Shown: positions 1 to 11,055, counted from the first letter of the whole stretch. The stretch is 63,282 nucleotides of DNA, filler included, from Octopus bimaculoides (GCF_001194135.2; 5 parts of 4 records of this genome joined end to end with filler, not necessarily neighbours in it); one strand, 5' to 3'. Program-made: numbers and translations. The notes: generated by a model from the letters alone, not told the origin.

Positions 1-78
1 TTTGAAGGAACTTGGTTGCTATTTCTAGAAGGTCAAACAACCACATAGAAACGTCCTTGCTAGCATACACTTTGCTTG

Positions 79-410
79 TTATTCTTCTTCTTGCCTTTAA
101 CCCTCCAACGCGGAGTATAGACCACTTATAATTGAATTCCATGTCGCATAATTTTTCGCTTCTGTACTTATACTCTGCCATGAATGTCCCCCTTTCTCTA
201 GTTCCTTTTGTGTTGATATACGCCACGAGTTCTTTTGCCTACTCCTCTTTCTATATCCATCCGGATTCCACTGTAAAACACTTTTCGCTACATTTGGTGT
301 GTCTTTTCTAATTGTGCTACCAATCCACTTCCACTTTTTCTTAAATATTTGCTCCCTAATCGAAACTTGATTCGTTCTTTGCCATAGCTCAATATTGCTT
401 ATGCTTGTTA
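79..410 (-). mobile_element. 3' end of an RTE-clade LINE (ORF2 C-terminus)
   Basis: Minus strand translates as ISNIELWQRTNQVSIREQIFKKKWKWIGSTIRKDTPNVAKSVLQWNPDGYRKRSRQKNSWRISTQKELEKGGHSWQSISTEAKNYATWNSIISGLYSALEG*, the typical RTE post-RT region (SN.ELW...W.WIG..LRK...L.WNP.G.RKRGR...W). A short (GAA)n tail follows. Confidence 0.8.
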
Positions 411-501
411 TTATGATATCTTCAAATGTCTCGACCTACCTTGCTACATTGAATAATACAATTTCTCAAAACCTTACCAAACTATGATTCTATCTTTACA
501 G

Positions 502-655
502 GCGGCTCATATTGTTTCTCACATGATCAAGTACTCACCAAATGACGTCTTCATGGGTTTAACCAGATCACTCGGTGTTGGCCTCTTTAGTCCTGCTGAA
601 GGACCAACTGTTTTCCCCGAAAATTCTAATCTTGCAGATTATCCAGAATGCTACA
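502..655 (+). CDS. Zinc metallopeptidase gene, first visible internal exon (AAHIVSHMIKYSPNDVFMGLTRSLGVGLFSPAEGPTVFPENSNLADYPECY)
   Basis: Acceptor tctttacag at 493-501 (phase 0) and an open frame. A donor A|gttggt after 655 (phase 1) joins in frame to tag|AC at 2652. The start codon and earlier exons are upstream of the window. The donor position is inferred. Confidence 0.65.
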
Positions 656-690
656 GTTGGTATATTTACCATTATGTTTAACTTTTATAA

Positions 691-1080
691 AGGGTGAAAA
701 TTTCAGAGTTGCCCTTGTTTGGCAAGTAATTTGATATGAGAACAAACAGAATTTGATGATTTTATTTAAGCATTTATTTATTTGGTGTCAAAATTTTCGT
801 CGCACTGTCTGCAACCTGGTCACTGAAACCAAGTAATTTATGTTTAGCAAAGGGTGAAAATTTCATAGAGTTCTACTTGTCTGGTAAGTGAATTTATGTG
901 AGAACACACAGGAGCTGTTAACTTCACTTTATTGTTTTGGGCGTCAAAATGCAGGTCGTATTGCCTGCGGCCTCGTTACTGGCACCAAATGATAAACAAT
1001 TAAGTAAATAGTTTCTCTGTGTGCTCTGAATGGCTAAAATGAGCCTTCCACGCTCTAATTACAAAGGGTGAAAATATTTT
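691..1080. repeat. Degenerate tandem repeat of about 160 bp in an intron
   Basis: AAGGGTGAAAAT recurs at about 690, 850 and 1064. The first two copies stay similar for about 140 bp. Confidence 0.55.
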
Positions 1081-1113
1081 CCATAAACTGCTCAATTTTT
1101 ATTTACTTCTGTA

Positions 1114-1318
1114 AAGTGGTGACCTGGCAGAGTTGTTAGCACGCCGGACAAAACGCTTAGCGACATTTCGTCCGTCTTTACGCTATGTGTTTAAATACCA
1201 CCGAGGTCGACTTTGCTTTTCATCTTTTCGGGGTCGATAAAATAAGTACCAGTGATCGATAAAATCGACTTACACCTCTCCTCGAACTTGCTGGTCTTGT
1301 GCCAAAATTTGAAACCAA
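1114..1318 (+). mobile_element. tRNA-derived SINE (family A); further copies near 6905-7105(-), 26733-27113(both strands), 32875-33090(+), 45050-45210(-) and 45750-45890(-)
   Basis: Head ggcagagttgttagcacgccggacaaaacgcttagc and body gaggtcgactttgcttttcatcttttcggggtcgataaaataagtaccag recur across the window. Confidence 0.7.
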
Positions 1319-2122
1319 TATTTATTCACCTCTGTGCTCAACAAAAAATTTTAAAATAGCTCCTGCTTCTTTGAGTAAATCTAATATTGATTTATTAATC
1401 CACTTTTGTTATCCCAAATAATGAATGCAATGATTTGTGTCTGTTAACCAGTCGGCGTTTTAAAACGCTTTCTTGTTTATCCTTGTTATTCTTTTTACAA
1501 AGCAGCCAATACTAGTTTATTTTTAGTCCACAATTCCAAATAATCATTCAGATATGGCTACGNNNNNNNNNNNNNNNNNNNNNNNNNNNNNNNNNNNNNN
1601 NNNNNNNNNNNNNNNNNNNNNNNNNNNNNNNNNNNNNNNNNNNNNNNNNNNNNNNNNNNNNNNNNNNNNNNNNNNNNNNNNNNNNNNNNNNNNNNNNNNN
1701 NNNNNNNNNNNNNNNNNNNNNNNNNNNNNNNNNNNNNNNNNNNNNNNNNNNNNNNNNNNNNNNNNNNNNNNNNNNNNNNNNNNNNNNNNNNNNNNNNNNN
1801 NNNNNNNNNNNNNNNNNNNNNNNNNNNNNNNNNNNNNNNNNNNNNNNNNNNNNNNNNNNNNNNNNNNNNNNNNNNNNNNNNNNNNNNNNNNNNNNNNNNN
1901 NNNNNNNNNNNNNNNNNNNNNNNNNNNNNNNNNNNNNNNNNNNNNNNNNNNNNNNNNNNNNNNNNNNNNNNNNNNNNNNNNNNNNNNNNNNNNNNNNNNN
2001 NNNNNNNNNNNNNNNNNNNNNNNNNNNNNNNNNNNNNNNNNNNNNNNNNNNNNNNNNNNNNNNNNNNNNNNNNNNNNNNNNNNNNNNNNNNNNNNNNNNN
2101 NNNNNNNNNNNNNNNNNNNNNN

Positions 2123-2123
<1 letters not shown>

Positions 2124-2188
<65 letters not shown>
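2124..2188. repeat. (AAT)n microsatellite
   Basis: Perfect AAT run next to a gap. Confidence 0.95.
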
Positions 2189-2191
<3 letters not shown>

Positions 2192-2195
2192 CAAC

Positions 2196-2379
2196 AACAT
2201 CGAAAAATACCTTAGGAATGAGAACCCAGGTTCGAAATTTACTCAAGACACCTGATGAAGGCTGGAGGGTATATCAGTTGAAACGTCGTGTTAACAACAA
2301 ACAAGATAAGGACAAATATCCGTCAAATGTAAATAATGTAAATAGTGTACATAATTCCTCATCTCTTAAATATAGAACT
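2196..2379 (+). mobile_element. Short repeat of about 185 bp carrying a hammerhead motif, probably a Penelope-like element terminus
   Basis: A second copy at 49420-49582 has the same 5' junction (AAT)n-AACATCGAAAAATACCTTAGG and the same 3' end AAATATAGAACT. Confidence 0.65.
2247..2292 (+). ncRNA. Minimal type I hammerhead ribozyme motif (family 1)
   Basis: Stem I GACAC (2247-2251) pairs with GTGTT (2288-2292). Core CTGATGA is at 2252-2258. Stem II GGCTG pairs with CAGTT (two G-U pairs). GAAA is at 2280-2283, followed by a palindromic ACGT and the cleavage triplet GTC (2285-2287). Confidence 0.6.
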
Positions 2380-2651
2380 ATATATATATACAGGCATACC
2401 TTGGCTTGAGTCGTTTCGATTTAAGTCACTCTCGATTATACGCCGGTTTTCAAAAATAATTTATGGAAAAATATAAATCAAGTTACGTCATTTTACTCGA
2501 CTTTACGTCTGTCCGCCACAAATATTAGAATCGTAAAATCACTAGACTTAAACCACAGTAAATTTCTTATATGAAGACACTTTTGTTGACCATGCGTTCG
2601 ATAATGCTTTTGTATTTTCCCTTGTTCATTATTTTATCCTTGTTTTTATAG

Positions 2652-2860
2652 ACAGATGTTCGGGTAAATGTTCAGTCACGTGTACCTTTGACGGCCGGAA
2701 ATGGCAGTCCATTGCTGGGCTGACCAACACCAGGGCTTGTGTTCTTGCTGAAAATGTCATGTGTTCTCCAGGTGATCCATACGGTCATTCAGAAAGCATT
2801 TTGAACCATGAATTCGGACATCTTGTTCATAGATTTATGCCGCAAATGTGGAAAAATAAG
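2652..2860 (+). CDS. Zinc metallopeptidase exon with the HExxH motif (RCSGKCSVTCTFDGRKWQSIAGLTNTRACVLAENVMCSPGDPYGHSESILNHEFGHLVHRFMPQMWKNK)
   Basis: Acceptor tgtttttatag, open frame containing HEFGH, donor AAG|gtaaag at 2861 (phase 0). Confidence 0.9.
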
Positions 2861-3069
2861 GTAAAGAGTTTCAGTTACATAGCATTCGCATAATCTTTAT
2901 GATTGTCATCACCATCATCGTTGTCACTATCACAGGCGTTTCAGTTAGTTCGATATTCCCTCTTACTGGCGCTCTACTGCGTTTCCCTAAGCAGCAGTGA
3001 CACTATACGTGCAACTTATATGACCGGGACCAAATGAAGAGTTACGTTTTGCTGGATTTGCTTATATCA

Positions 3070-3128
<59 letters not shown>
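3070..3128. repeat. (CA)n microsatellite
   Basis: Perfect CA run. Confidence 0.95.
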
Positions 3129-3131
<3 letters not shown>

Positions 3132-3917
3132 ATTCATTCATTCATACATACATATATACATATACATACGTACAGAAATATATATTTTTATACATGTATA
3201 TCAATTAAAATCAAGGATAATATATANNNNNNNNNNNNNNNNNNNNNNNNNNNNNNNNNNNNNNNNNNNNNNNNNNNNNNNNNNNNNNNNNNNNNNNNNN
3301 NNNNNNNNNNNNNNNNNNNNNNNNNNNNNNNNNNNNNNNNNNNNNNNNNNNNNNNNNNNNNNNNNNNNNNNNNNNNNNNNNNNNNNNNNNNNNNNNNNNN
3401 NNNNNNNNNNNNNNNNNNNNNNNNNNNNNNNNNNNNNNNNNNNNNNNNNNNNNNNNNNNNNNNNNNNNNNNNNNNNNNNNNNNNNNNNNNNNNNNNNNNN
3501 NNNNNNNNNNNNNNNNNNNNNNNNNNNNNNNNNNNNNNNNNNNNNNNNNNNNNNNNNNNNNNNNNNNNNNNNNCAGCAAAGGTACGGCAGTATTTACGGT
3601 ACATACAATGGTTACAACAACGCTTTTTCCATCACCAACAATTTGTGCAACTCCCTGTCGAATGTGATGGGGTCACAAAGAAGATCAAAATGGGAAATGA
3701 CAGCTACGTGCATATAACGAAAGTACCTGAGCTTAAAATTGGCGGAAGGCGTCCTTGCATTCCAAATCCAGGCCTGAAGGAAGCTCACTGCCACATTCAA
3801 GTATTCTAAGCAGAAACACTCCAGGTTACCTCTGTCCTCTTTATGCATAAATATAGAAGACATTTTGTTATTTTTAGTAGCCTAATTTCTAATTCAACAT
3901 ATTTTTTTTCCGTACAG

Positions 3918-4066
3918 ATTGGGGCTGCTTACAGAAATGCCTATAATAGACAACTGTGGACCCTCGGTACTTATGCTATGGCGAATGCCCATGAATACTT
4001 TGCAGAAGCAACAGAAGCATTTTTCTTAGACTCCAAAAGGACGGACGTAACAGGCGGTATGAATAT
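3918..4066 (+). CDS. Zinc metallopeptidase exon with the third zinc ligand (IGAAYRNAYNRQLWTLGTYAMANAHEYFAEATEAFFLDSKRTDVTGGMN)
   Basis: Acceptor ttttttttccgtacag (phase 0), motif Y-x6-EYFAE, perfect donor AT|gtaagt at 4067 (phase 2). Confidence 0.9.
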
Positions 4067-4259
4067 GTAAGTAACAAATGGTTCTGCAAATCTGTCTGCT
4101 TGTCTCTTGTTTTACGCCACTCGCTGTTTAAATTTGCTTGTCTTTCTGTGTCTGTCTAATTATCCGCTTCTCCCTCTCGACTGTCCTGTAAGATTGTTTC
4201 ATCGCTTCAAAAAATGAGATTTCAGCGAGACACAGCTGAATAGTGTACTTCCTTTGTGT

Positions 4260-4335
4260 ACTGTCCGTCTGTCTGTCTGTCTGTCCGTCCGTCTGTCTGT
4301 CTGTCTGTCTGTCCGTCTGTCCGTCTATCTATCTA

Positions 4336-4392
<57 letters not shown>

Positions 4393-4546
4393 CCAGCTGT
4401 CCGTCCGTCTGTCCGTCTGTCCGTCTGTCCGTCTGTCCGTCTGTCCGCCTGTCCGTTCATTTTTTCTGCCTGTCTGTCCGACCGTCCGTCTACCTACGTG
4501 TCTACCTGCGGCGGTGGCGGCAACGACGACGACGACGACGACGACT
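4260..4546. repeat. (CTGT/CCGT)n tetranucleotide array followed by (GAC)n
   Basis: Seen directly; explains the spurious ORFs at 4243-4618. Confidence 0.9.
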
Positions 4547-4591
4547 AAAATCTTCCCTTGTCTGTTAAAACTCTATCTTCTCTGTTATCAG

Positions 4592-4739
4592 GTGCGGTAC
4601 CAACAGAGTGTGTCCTAATGAGAAAAGCGCACGGGAATACCTCAAGAGACATGATCCAGCACTCTACGAAACCTTGGTTTACGCTTATACAGATGGAAGG
4701 CCAAACATGGCCATGGGACTGAAAATATGTGTTGATTAA
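4592..4739 (+). CDS. Zinc metallopeptidase terminal exon (MCGTNRVCPNEKSAREYLKRHDPALYETLVYAYTDGRPNMAMGLKICVD*)
   Basis: Acceptor ctctgttatcag. AT+G completes Met. The R..LK..DP.LY..L motif is typical of this family. Stop TAA at 4737-4739, with a possible polyA signal ATTAAA at 4757-4762. The four exons total 660 nt, i.e. 219 aa plus stop. Confidence 0.88.
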
Positions 4740-4841
4740 CTGTAAACTTTACAGCAATTAAACCTGAACTATATCTATCTGTTTTTCTATCTCTCAGTCA
4801 ATCCAGCCATCCATCCGTCTGTCCGTCCATCTATCTGCTTG

Positions 4842-4844
<3 letters not shown>

Positions 4845-4904
<60 letters not shown>
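4845..4904. repeat. (CTAT)n microsatellite
   Basis: Perfect run. Confidence 0.95.
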
Positions 4905-4905
<1 letters not shown>

Positions 4906-5191
4906 GGATGTCCACAATTTAAAATAGTCAGCTACACAGATCACAAGTTTGTGACGTGTACGCTCGACTTAGATAAGACACATAGGCAGGGTCCCGGTTA
5001 CTGGAAACTGAACGCTTCGCTCTTAGCGCGGCAGGTTTACAGGAACCGGATTAGCGAATTAATTAAGAGGGCGTTAACAGGAGCCATCGTTAACAACCGC
5101 TGGTGGTTTGCCCTGAAAATGGCAATCAAATCGGAATCTATTAGGTTTAGTAAAGAACTAGCGATAGATCGAAATAGAGTAGAGGGAGACT
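4905..5191 (+). mobile_element. Tx1/L1-type LINE ORF2 fragment (end of the APE endonuclease domain)
   Basis: Translates as GCPQFKIVSYTDHKFVTCTLDLDKTHRQGPGYWKLNASLLARQVYRNRISELI. SDH and G.GYWKLN.SLL are hallmark Tx1/L1 motifs. Truncated by a gap. Confidence 0.85.
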
Positions 5192-5826
5192 NNNNNNNNN
5201 NNNNNNNNNNNNNNNNNNNNNNNNNNNNNNNNNNNTTAATTAATTAANNNNNNNNNNNNNNNNNNNNNNNNNNNNNNNNNNNNNNNNNNNNACATAAGGA
5301 TAAGCATATTAAAAGGGGTCCGTGGGAAAACTCATTTAAATGAAAGGATTGGGAACCACTGGTTTAGGCGTTTGCACATCCATGTAGTGAATATGGATAA
5401 CGGCCTATCAGGTGGTTTGTCTTTAATTCCCGCTACAATCTATTTCCTAAAGTGTGAAACTATACAAGTTGAATTTTAGAAAATGTGTGTATATTTTTAC
5501 TGTTCCGTTTATTTGTAAAGAATGTAATACTTTCTTTGACAGAAAATTCGAGCTTTTCGAGATAGCACTCATACATTTATTAACATAGTCGAATAGACTG
5601 ATAATTATTAATATAGTTGATGAATTTAATCAGTGTAGAGAAAATGTAGATTTCGAAATCCATTTTTTTGTAAAAATTCTCTTTTCTCTTAATTAGGAAA
5701 TAAATATTTACTCGTAACCTCCGCAGGACACATGACTTCTGTCAATATCCATTTTTTTTTCTTTTCGGACTCAAACAACTATTTCAGACTTGTTTGCATA
5801 AGTTTTAAATATTCTACTGTTGTTCT

Positions 5827-6203
5827 GTGGAGGCGCAATGGCTCAGTGGTTAGCGCAGCGGACTCGCGGTCATAGGATCGTGGTTTCGATTCCCAGACCG
5901 GGCGTTGTGAGTGTTTATTGAGCGAAAACACCTAAGCTCCACGAGGTTCCGACAGGGGATGATGGCGAACCCTGCTGTACTCTTTCACCACAACTTTTTC
6001 TCACTTTTACTTCCTGTTTCTGTTGTGCCAGAAATTCAAAGGGTCAGCCTTGTAACACTGTGGCTTCCCCGAGAACTACGTTAAGGGTACACGTGTCTGT
6101 GGAGTGCTCAGCCACTTGCACGTTAATTTCACGAACAGGTTGTTCCGATGAACGGATCGACTGGAACCCTCGTCGTCGTAAGCGACGGAGTACCAACAAC
6201 AAC
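5827..6203 (+). mobile_element. Full-length tRNA-derived SINE (family B)
   Basis: tRNA-like head with A box (TGGCTCAGTGG) and B box (GGTTTCGATTCCC), a conserved body and a (CAA)n tail. Confidence 0.85.
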
Positions 6204-6470
6204 CGTTATTCTATGCGTTGATACGTATTTATGTATTCAACAACATATATTTTTTGCCATTTATCCCAAAGAAATCTTCCTCGCAGCTGACACTGTATTT
6301 TATTTTAGCAAGAACATCATTCCCTATAGAAAGGTCATACCTTAATACCTTAGTTTGGGGCAGTTGCTATCACATATGTAATATCTTCAACTGAAATATG
6401 ACATCATTAATATTTCTGTAACACCTTGGAGTTTTAAAAGCTTCACTTTCATTCTTCTTCATTCTTCTTC

Positions 6471-6818
6471 TTTGGCACTCTGTCGCTTACGATGTCGAGG
6501 GTTCCAGTTGATCCGATCAATGGAACAGCCTGAGCACTCCACAGACACGTGTACCCTTAACGTAGTTCTCGGGGATATTCAGCGTGACACGGTGTGACAA
6601 GGCTGACCCTTTGAATTACAGGCACAACAGAAACAGGAAGTAAGAGAAAGTTGTGGCGGAGGAGTACAGCAGGGTTCGCCACCATTCCCTGCCGGAGCCT
6701 CGTGGAGCTTTAGGTGTTTTCGCTCAATAAACACTCACAACGCCTGGTCTAGAAATCGAAACCTTGATCCTATGACCGCGAGTCCGCTATCCTAACCACT
6801 GGGCCATTGCGCCTCCAC
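6471..6818 (-). mobile_element. tRNA-derived SINE (family B), inverted relative to 5827-6203
   Basis: Reverse complement of the same head and body. Confidence 0.85.
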
Positions 6819-7206
6819 TCTTATTCATTATATATTCTGTAACTATCACTTGCTCTCGGACTGCAGAATGTGACAGACCAAGAGAGTCTGACCTTTTTGT
6901 AAATATTGATTTCAAATTTTGGCAGAAGGCCAGCAAGTTTTCGTGGAGGGGGCTAAGACGATTAAATCTGCCCCAGCATTCAACTGGCAGTCGTGTTATC
7001 GACCTCAAAAAGATGAAAGGCGATGTCGACCTCGGTGGAATTTGAACTCAGAACGTAAAGACGGACGAAATGTTGCTAGGCATTTTTCTCGGCGTACTAA
7101 ATATTCTATCAGCTCGTCACCTTAGCCTTTCTATAAATATTAACATCATCCACAGGTTTTCGGCATAAATCTACCCAAGTATAACTACCCAGTGTTTCTC
7201 TCCCAG

Positions 7207-7308
7207 GTCAGAAGTACCGTGGAAATTCGCCGAATATCGAGTACATTCCGAGGAGTTCACGATCGGAGTTCACTACCGGACATCTTCAGATTTGAACACT
7301 TGGATAAG
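7207..7308 (+). CDS. Candidate 102-bp exon (phase 0: VRSTVEIRRISSTFRGVHDRSSLPDIFRFEHLDK), possibly upstream in gene 2
   Basis: Acceptor tgtttctctcccag and donor AAG|gtatta. Two frames are open and the sequence is CpG-rich. Phase 0 would join the 13987 exon, but a scaffold-join gap lies between them. Confidence 0.35.
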
Positions 7309-10300
7309 GTATTATTTAGGAGATGATGTTTAAATGATACCATCCAACTCTTAAAGTCTGTCTGCACAGATCTTAAAAATCCTACCCACTCTTCTCTTCT
7401 TAAAAAGTTAAAGTATATATGTGTGTGTATGTATGTATGTATGTATCTATGTATGTATGTAGGAATGTATGTGTGTAGGAATGTATGTTTGTACGTCAGT
7501 ATGTATGTGTTTGTATATATGTGGGCTATGTATATGTAAATAGGTGAGTTTGTATGTTTCCATAACAGACGCAAAACTTGGTTTTTAATTATGCAAATTA
7601 CCTCATAAAATATCTTGTACTGTTTACTTCGATAAATCTACTTTCTCGCAATCCATCTCTCCCGCTCCCCTTCTCGCTCTCCTTCTCTCACTCTTTCTCT
7701 GTATGTACGCATACATATATACATACTGTATATTCATATATATATATATATATATATNNNNNNNNNNNNNNNNNNNNNNNNNNNNNNNNNNNNNNNNNNN
7801 NNNNNNNNNNNNNNNNNNNNNNNNNNNNNNNNNNNNNNNNNNNNNNNNNNNNNNNNNNNNNNNNNNNNNNNNNNNNNNNNNNNNNNNNNNNNNNNNNNNN
7901 NNNNNNNNNNNNNNNNNNNNNNNNNNNNNNNNNNNNNNNNNNNNNNNNNNNNNNNNNNNNNNNNNNNNNNNNNNNNNNNNNNNNNNNNNNNNNNNNNNNN
8001 NNNNNNNNNNNNNNNNNNNNNNNNNNNNNNNNNNNNNNNNNNNNNNNNNNNNNNATACATATATATATATATTTACATATATATATATACATATATATAT
8101 ACACACACATATATATATATATACACATATATACATATATGTACGTACACACACAAAGACGCAGGAATACACACAAACTCACATGTATACACGGAGAGTG
8201 TGTGTGTGTGTGTGTGTGTGTGAACGGGCGCGTACGTGTGTGCACACGCGTGCGAGTACGTAGGTAAAGATTCTCTGTCACAACACCAATTTTTCCGCTC
8301 TTTGGTCATGGAAGCCATATATTTTCCTATTTTACTGTGATTAATGTTTGTCTCTGTCTATCTCTCTACTCTTCTGTCTATGTATCTGTCAATCTATCCC
8401 TCCTCTCCTCACCCTCTCTCTCTGTATATATATGTATGTGTATATATATATATATATATATGTTCTTTATATATATTATTTATATATTATGTATGTATGT
8501 ATGTATGAATGTATGTATGTATGCATGTATGTATATGTTAAGGCATTGAACATCTACAACCCTTGGTCTTTGGATAGTACGTCATTTATGCGACTGACTA
8601 CCTAGCTGTCATAGTTCGACATCTTGATCAGGGCTGACCCACGGCTAAATAAATATGATGACAGCAATACCAATGACTACAACAACAATATCAATGATAA
8701 CACCAACATAAATAGTGGTAAAGAACAGCCTACTGAAGACGTAGGTTTCTCGTGTCGCTTGACCTGTTAAGAATAAAAAACCAAATCTCTTTCAAATTAC
8801 ACTGTATGGTCTTAGAAAAACGGGCGCATGGAGCGGTGTATATTTAGATATAAGATGTGATAGCGACGAATGGAATTTATTCGATCGTAGGTTTAAATGA
8901 TCAGAATTGATCTGGGACCAAGCTGACGAAGGGCTAAGCGGCAGCAAACACCAACAACACCACTATCGCTACAGACATCACCACCATCACCACGACCACC
9001 ATCAATGCCGTCATCACCAACAATAAAACATGATCTAACGAGGGATCTTGTGCGTGGTCACTCGATTTGCTTGATATAGCCGCCAAATCGCCCTCAATTC
9101 AGTACTTATTGGCTTATAAAAGAACACGCTGGATACTGTGGTTTTGGATTCCCAGAATATTTTTCATCTTTTAATTGTTTCAGTCATTTGACTGCGGCCA
9201 TGTTGGGGCATGAACCGAAATGCTTTAATTAAACAAATCGACTCTAATGCACATTGTTAAGGTTTCGCACAGTGTGACTGAAGCCGAGACCACATACTGG
9301 CAATGCGAGCTTCTTAACTACATAGCTATGGCTGCGTGTACAGAGCGATGAGAAATATAAAAGATGACCATAGTTGGAGTACCTTTCATTATAGGTGTGC
9401 TGGATCAAGTTTGACCTGTGGCTAACCAACAACTTCAACAACATTATAGACACAAACACTGGCAGCACCAGCACCACCATCCACACCATCACCATGACAC
9501 CGTCAGCTTCATCACCATTAACACCAACAGCAGCAGCAGCAGTAACACAAACTCCATCATCAACAGCACCAGCAAAAACATTACAAACTATACCACCCCG
9601 AAACACTACCGATCCCACCACCACCATCAAAACAACAGCAGCACCAACACTATCACAATCAGCATCAACATCAACATCAACAACGTTACAACACCAATAT
9701 CAACAACAACAACTCCAACAACACCGCCACCACCGCCAACAACACTAAAAACATAAGGAGGGCCCACTAACACCGACATCGCCACCAACATCAATAGTAC
9801 TAGCAACACTACTTCCACCACCAGCAGCACTAACGCCACCACCAACGACTCCACTGCCACCACCCAGCCACCACCACCACCACCACCACGAGAGTACCAT
9901 ATCAAAATCGATCAATTATCCAATCAGATACAATTTCCCTGATTTTATATTTGTTTAATTACATCAAAAATTCTTTTTATTCTCATCAAGTGAAATGGCG
10001 GGAAAACAAGGCAAAAATAAACATCGATTATCTCTCTTGTGTCGGACCAACGAAATGGCGCGTAAAACTTAGGTGGGGTGGGAGTGGGGATGCGGTGATA
10101 TGGAGGGTGATGTGACAAGATGGCCAATGTGTTTTGATATTTTACTTGCCTTTGGTGGNNNNNNNNNNNNNNNNNNNNNNNNNNNNNNNNNNNNNNNNNN
10201 NNNNNNNNNNNNNNNNNNNNNNNNNNNNNNNNNNNNNNNNNNNNNNNNNNNNNNNNNNNNNNNNNNNNNNNNNNNNNNNNNNNNNNNNNNNNNNNNNNNN

Positions 10301-10981
10301 NNNNNNNNNNNNNNNNNNNNNNNNNNNNNNNNNNNGCTGCTGCTGCTGGTGCTGGTGCTGGTGCTGGTGGTGGTGGTGGTGGCGGTGGTTGTGGTGGTTT
10401 TGGTGGTAGTGGAGGTGTTGGTGGTGTTGGTGGTAGTGGTGGTGGTGCACACATATGCAATTGGTACCCAGACACACATTACCTCATATAAATATATGCA
10501 CATACAAACATTGATGAAGAGCGTATGTACAGATGTGTGTTTAAGACATTGGCGCACCCCTACGTGCTTCCAGTTTCAATTCTATAGGGTAACACTCTGG
10601 AAAAGAGTCAACTAGCATAGCCTAAGGTCGACTTAATTCTTCTAAGCGAAATTTCGAAGAGAGAAATCGTACGGAAGATCGATAGCAGGACAGCTCTAGC
10701 TTTAAATTTGTAGAAGTCTTAATTCTAGCTCCACATGGATAGCATTAGCAAAGTTTGATCTGTTACGAGAAATCATTCCAATCAGTTCTTCGGTTTGAGG
10801 AAAAGCCCGTTTTCTCCTCTTCTAATCTCACACATCCAATAGGAAAACAGTATTTAATAGAAAACTTTATGTCTTCTGTGTTGGTTTCCAGAAACCCCAA
10901 ATCAACAGGGAGATAATTGCTCAACATTCGATATAAAACAGTAGGAAAGTGTCTATTAAATAGGAATAAATTATGTAAGTG

Positions 10982-10983
<2 letters not shown>

Positions 10984-11053
<70 letters not shown>
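10984..11053. repeat. (AAT)n microsatellite
   Basis: Perfect run. Confidence 0.95.

Positions 11054-11055
<2 letters not shown>

Noticed and set aside
656-665. Alternative donor TG|gtatat at 660 joined to cag|A at 2656, giving an in-frame TGA (selenocysteine?)
   Set aside because: The donor after 655 with the first AG at 2650-2651 gives an uninterrupted frame, and there is no SECIS evidence.
869-883. Possible 15-nt micro-exon before a perfect gtaagt at 884
   Set aside because: The acceptor lacks a polypyrimidine tract and the site lies in a degenerate tandem repeat. The protein reads well without it.
5236-5247. TTAATTAATTAA islands inside N runs (also 13530-13541, 28957-28968, 54043-54054)
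   Set aside because: The island checked at 5192-5291 sits between two 44-N blocks, making a 100-bp gap, and the others look alike. The palindrome puts stops in all six frames. It is an assembly join marker, not biology, and order across these joins is uncertain.
5827-5905. tRNA gene
   Set aside because: The A/B boxes continue into a repeated SINE body with no proper acceptor stem, so this is a SINE head.
9395-9748. 117-codon Thr/Gln-rich ORF with a tag|G acceptor
   Set aside because: It is mostly degenerate (ACA/ACC/AGC)n low-complexity DNA open in several frames, with no supporting partner exon.
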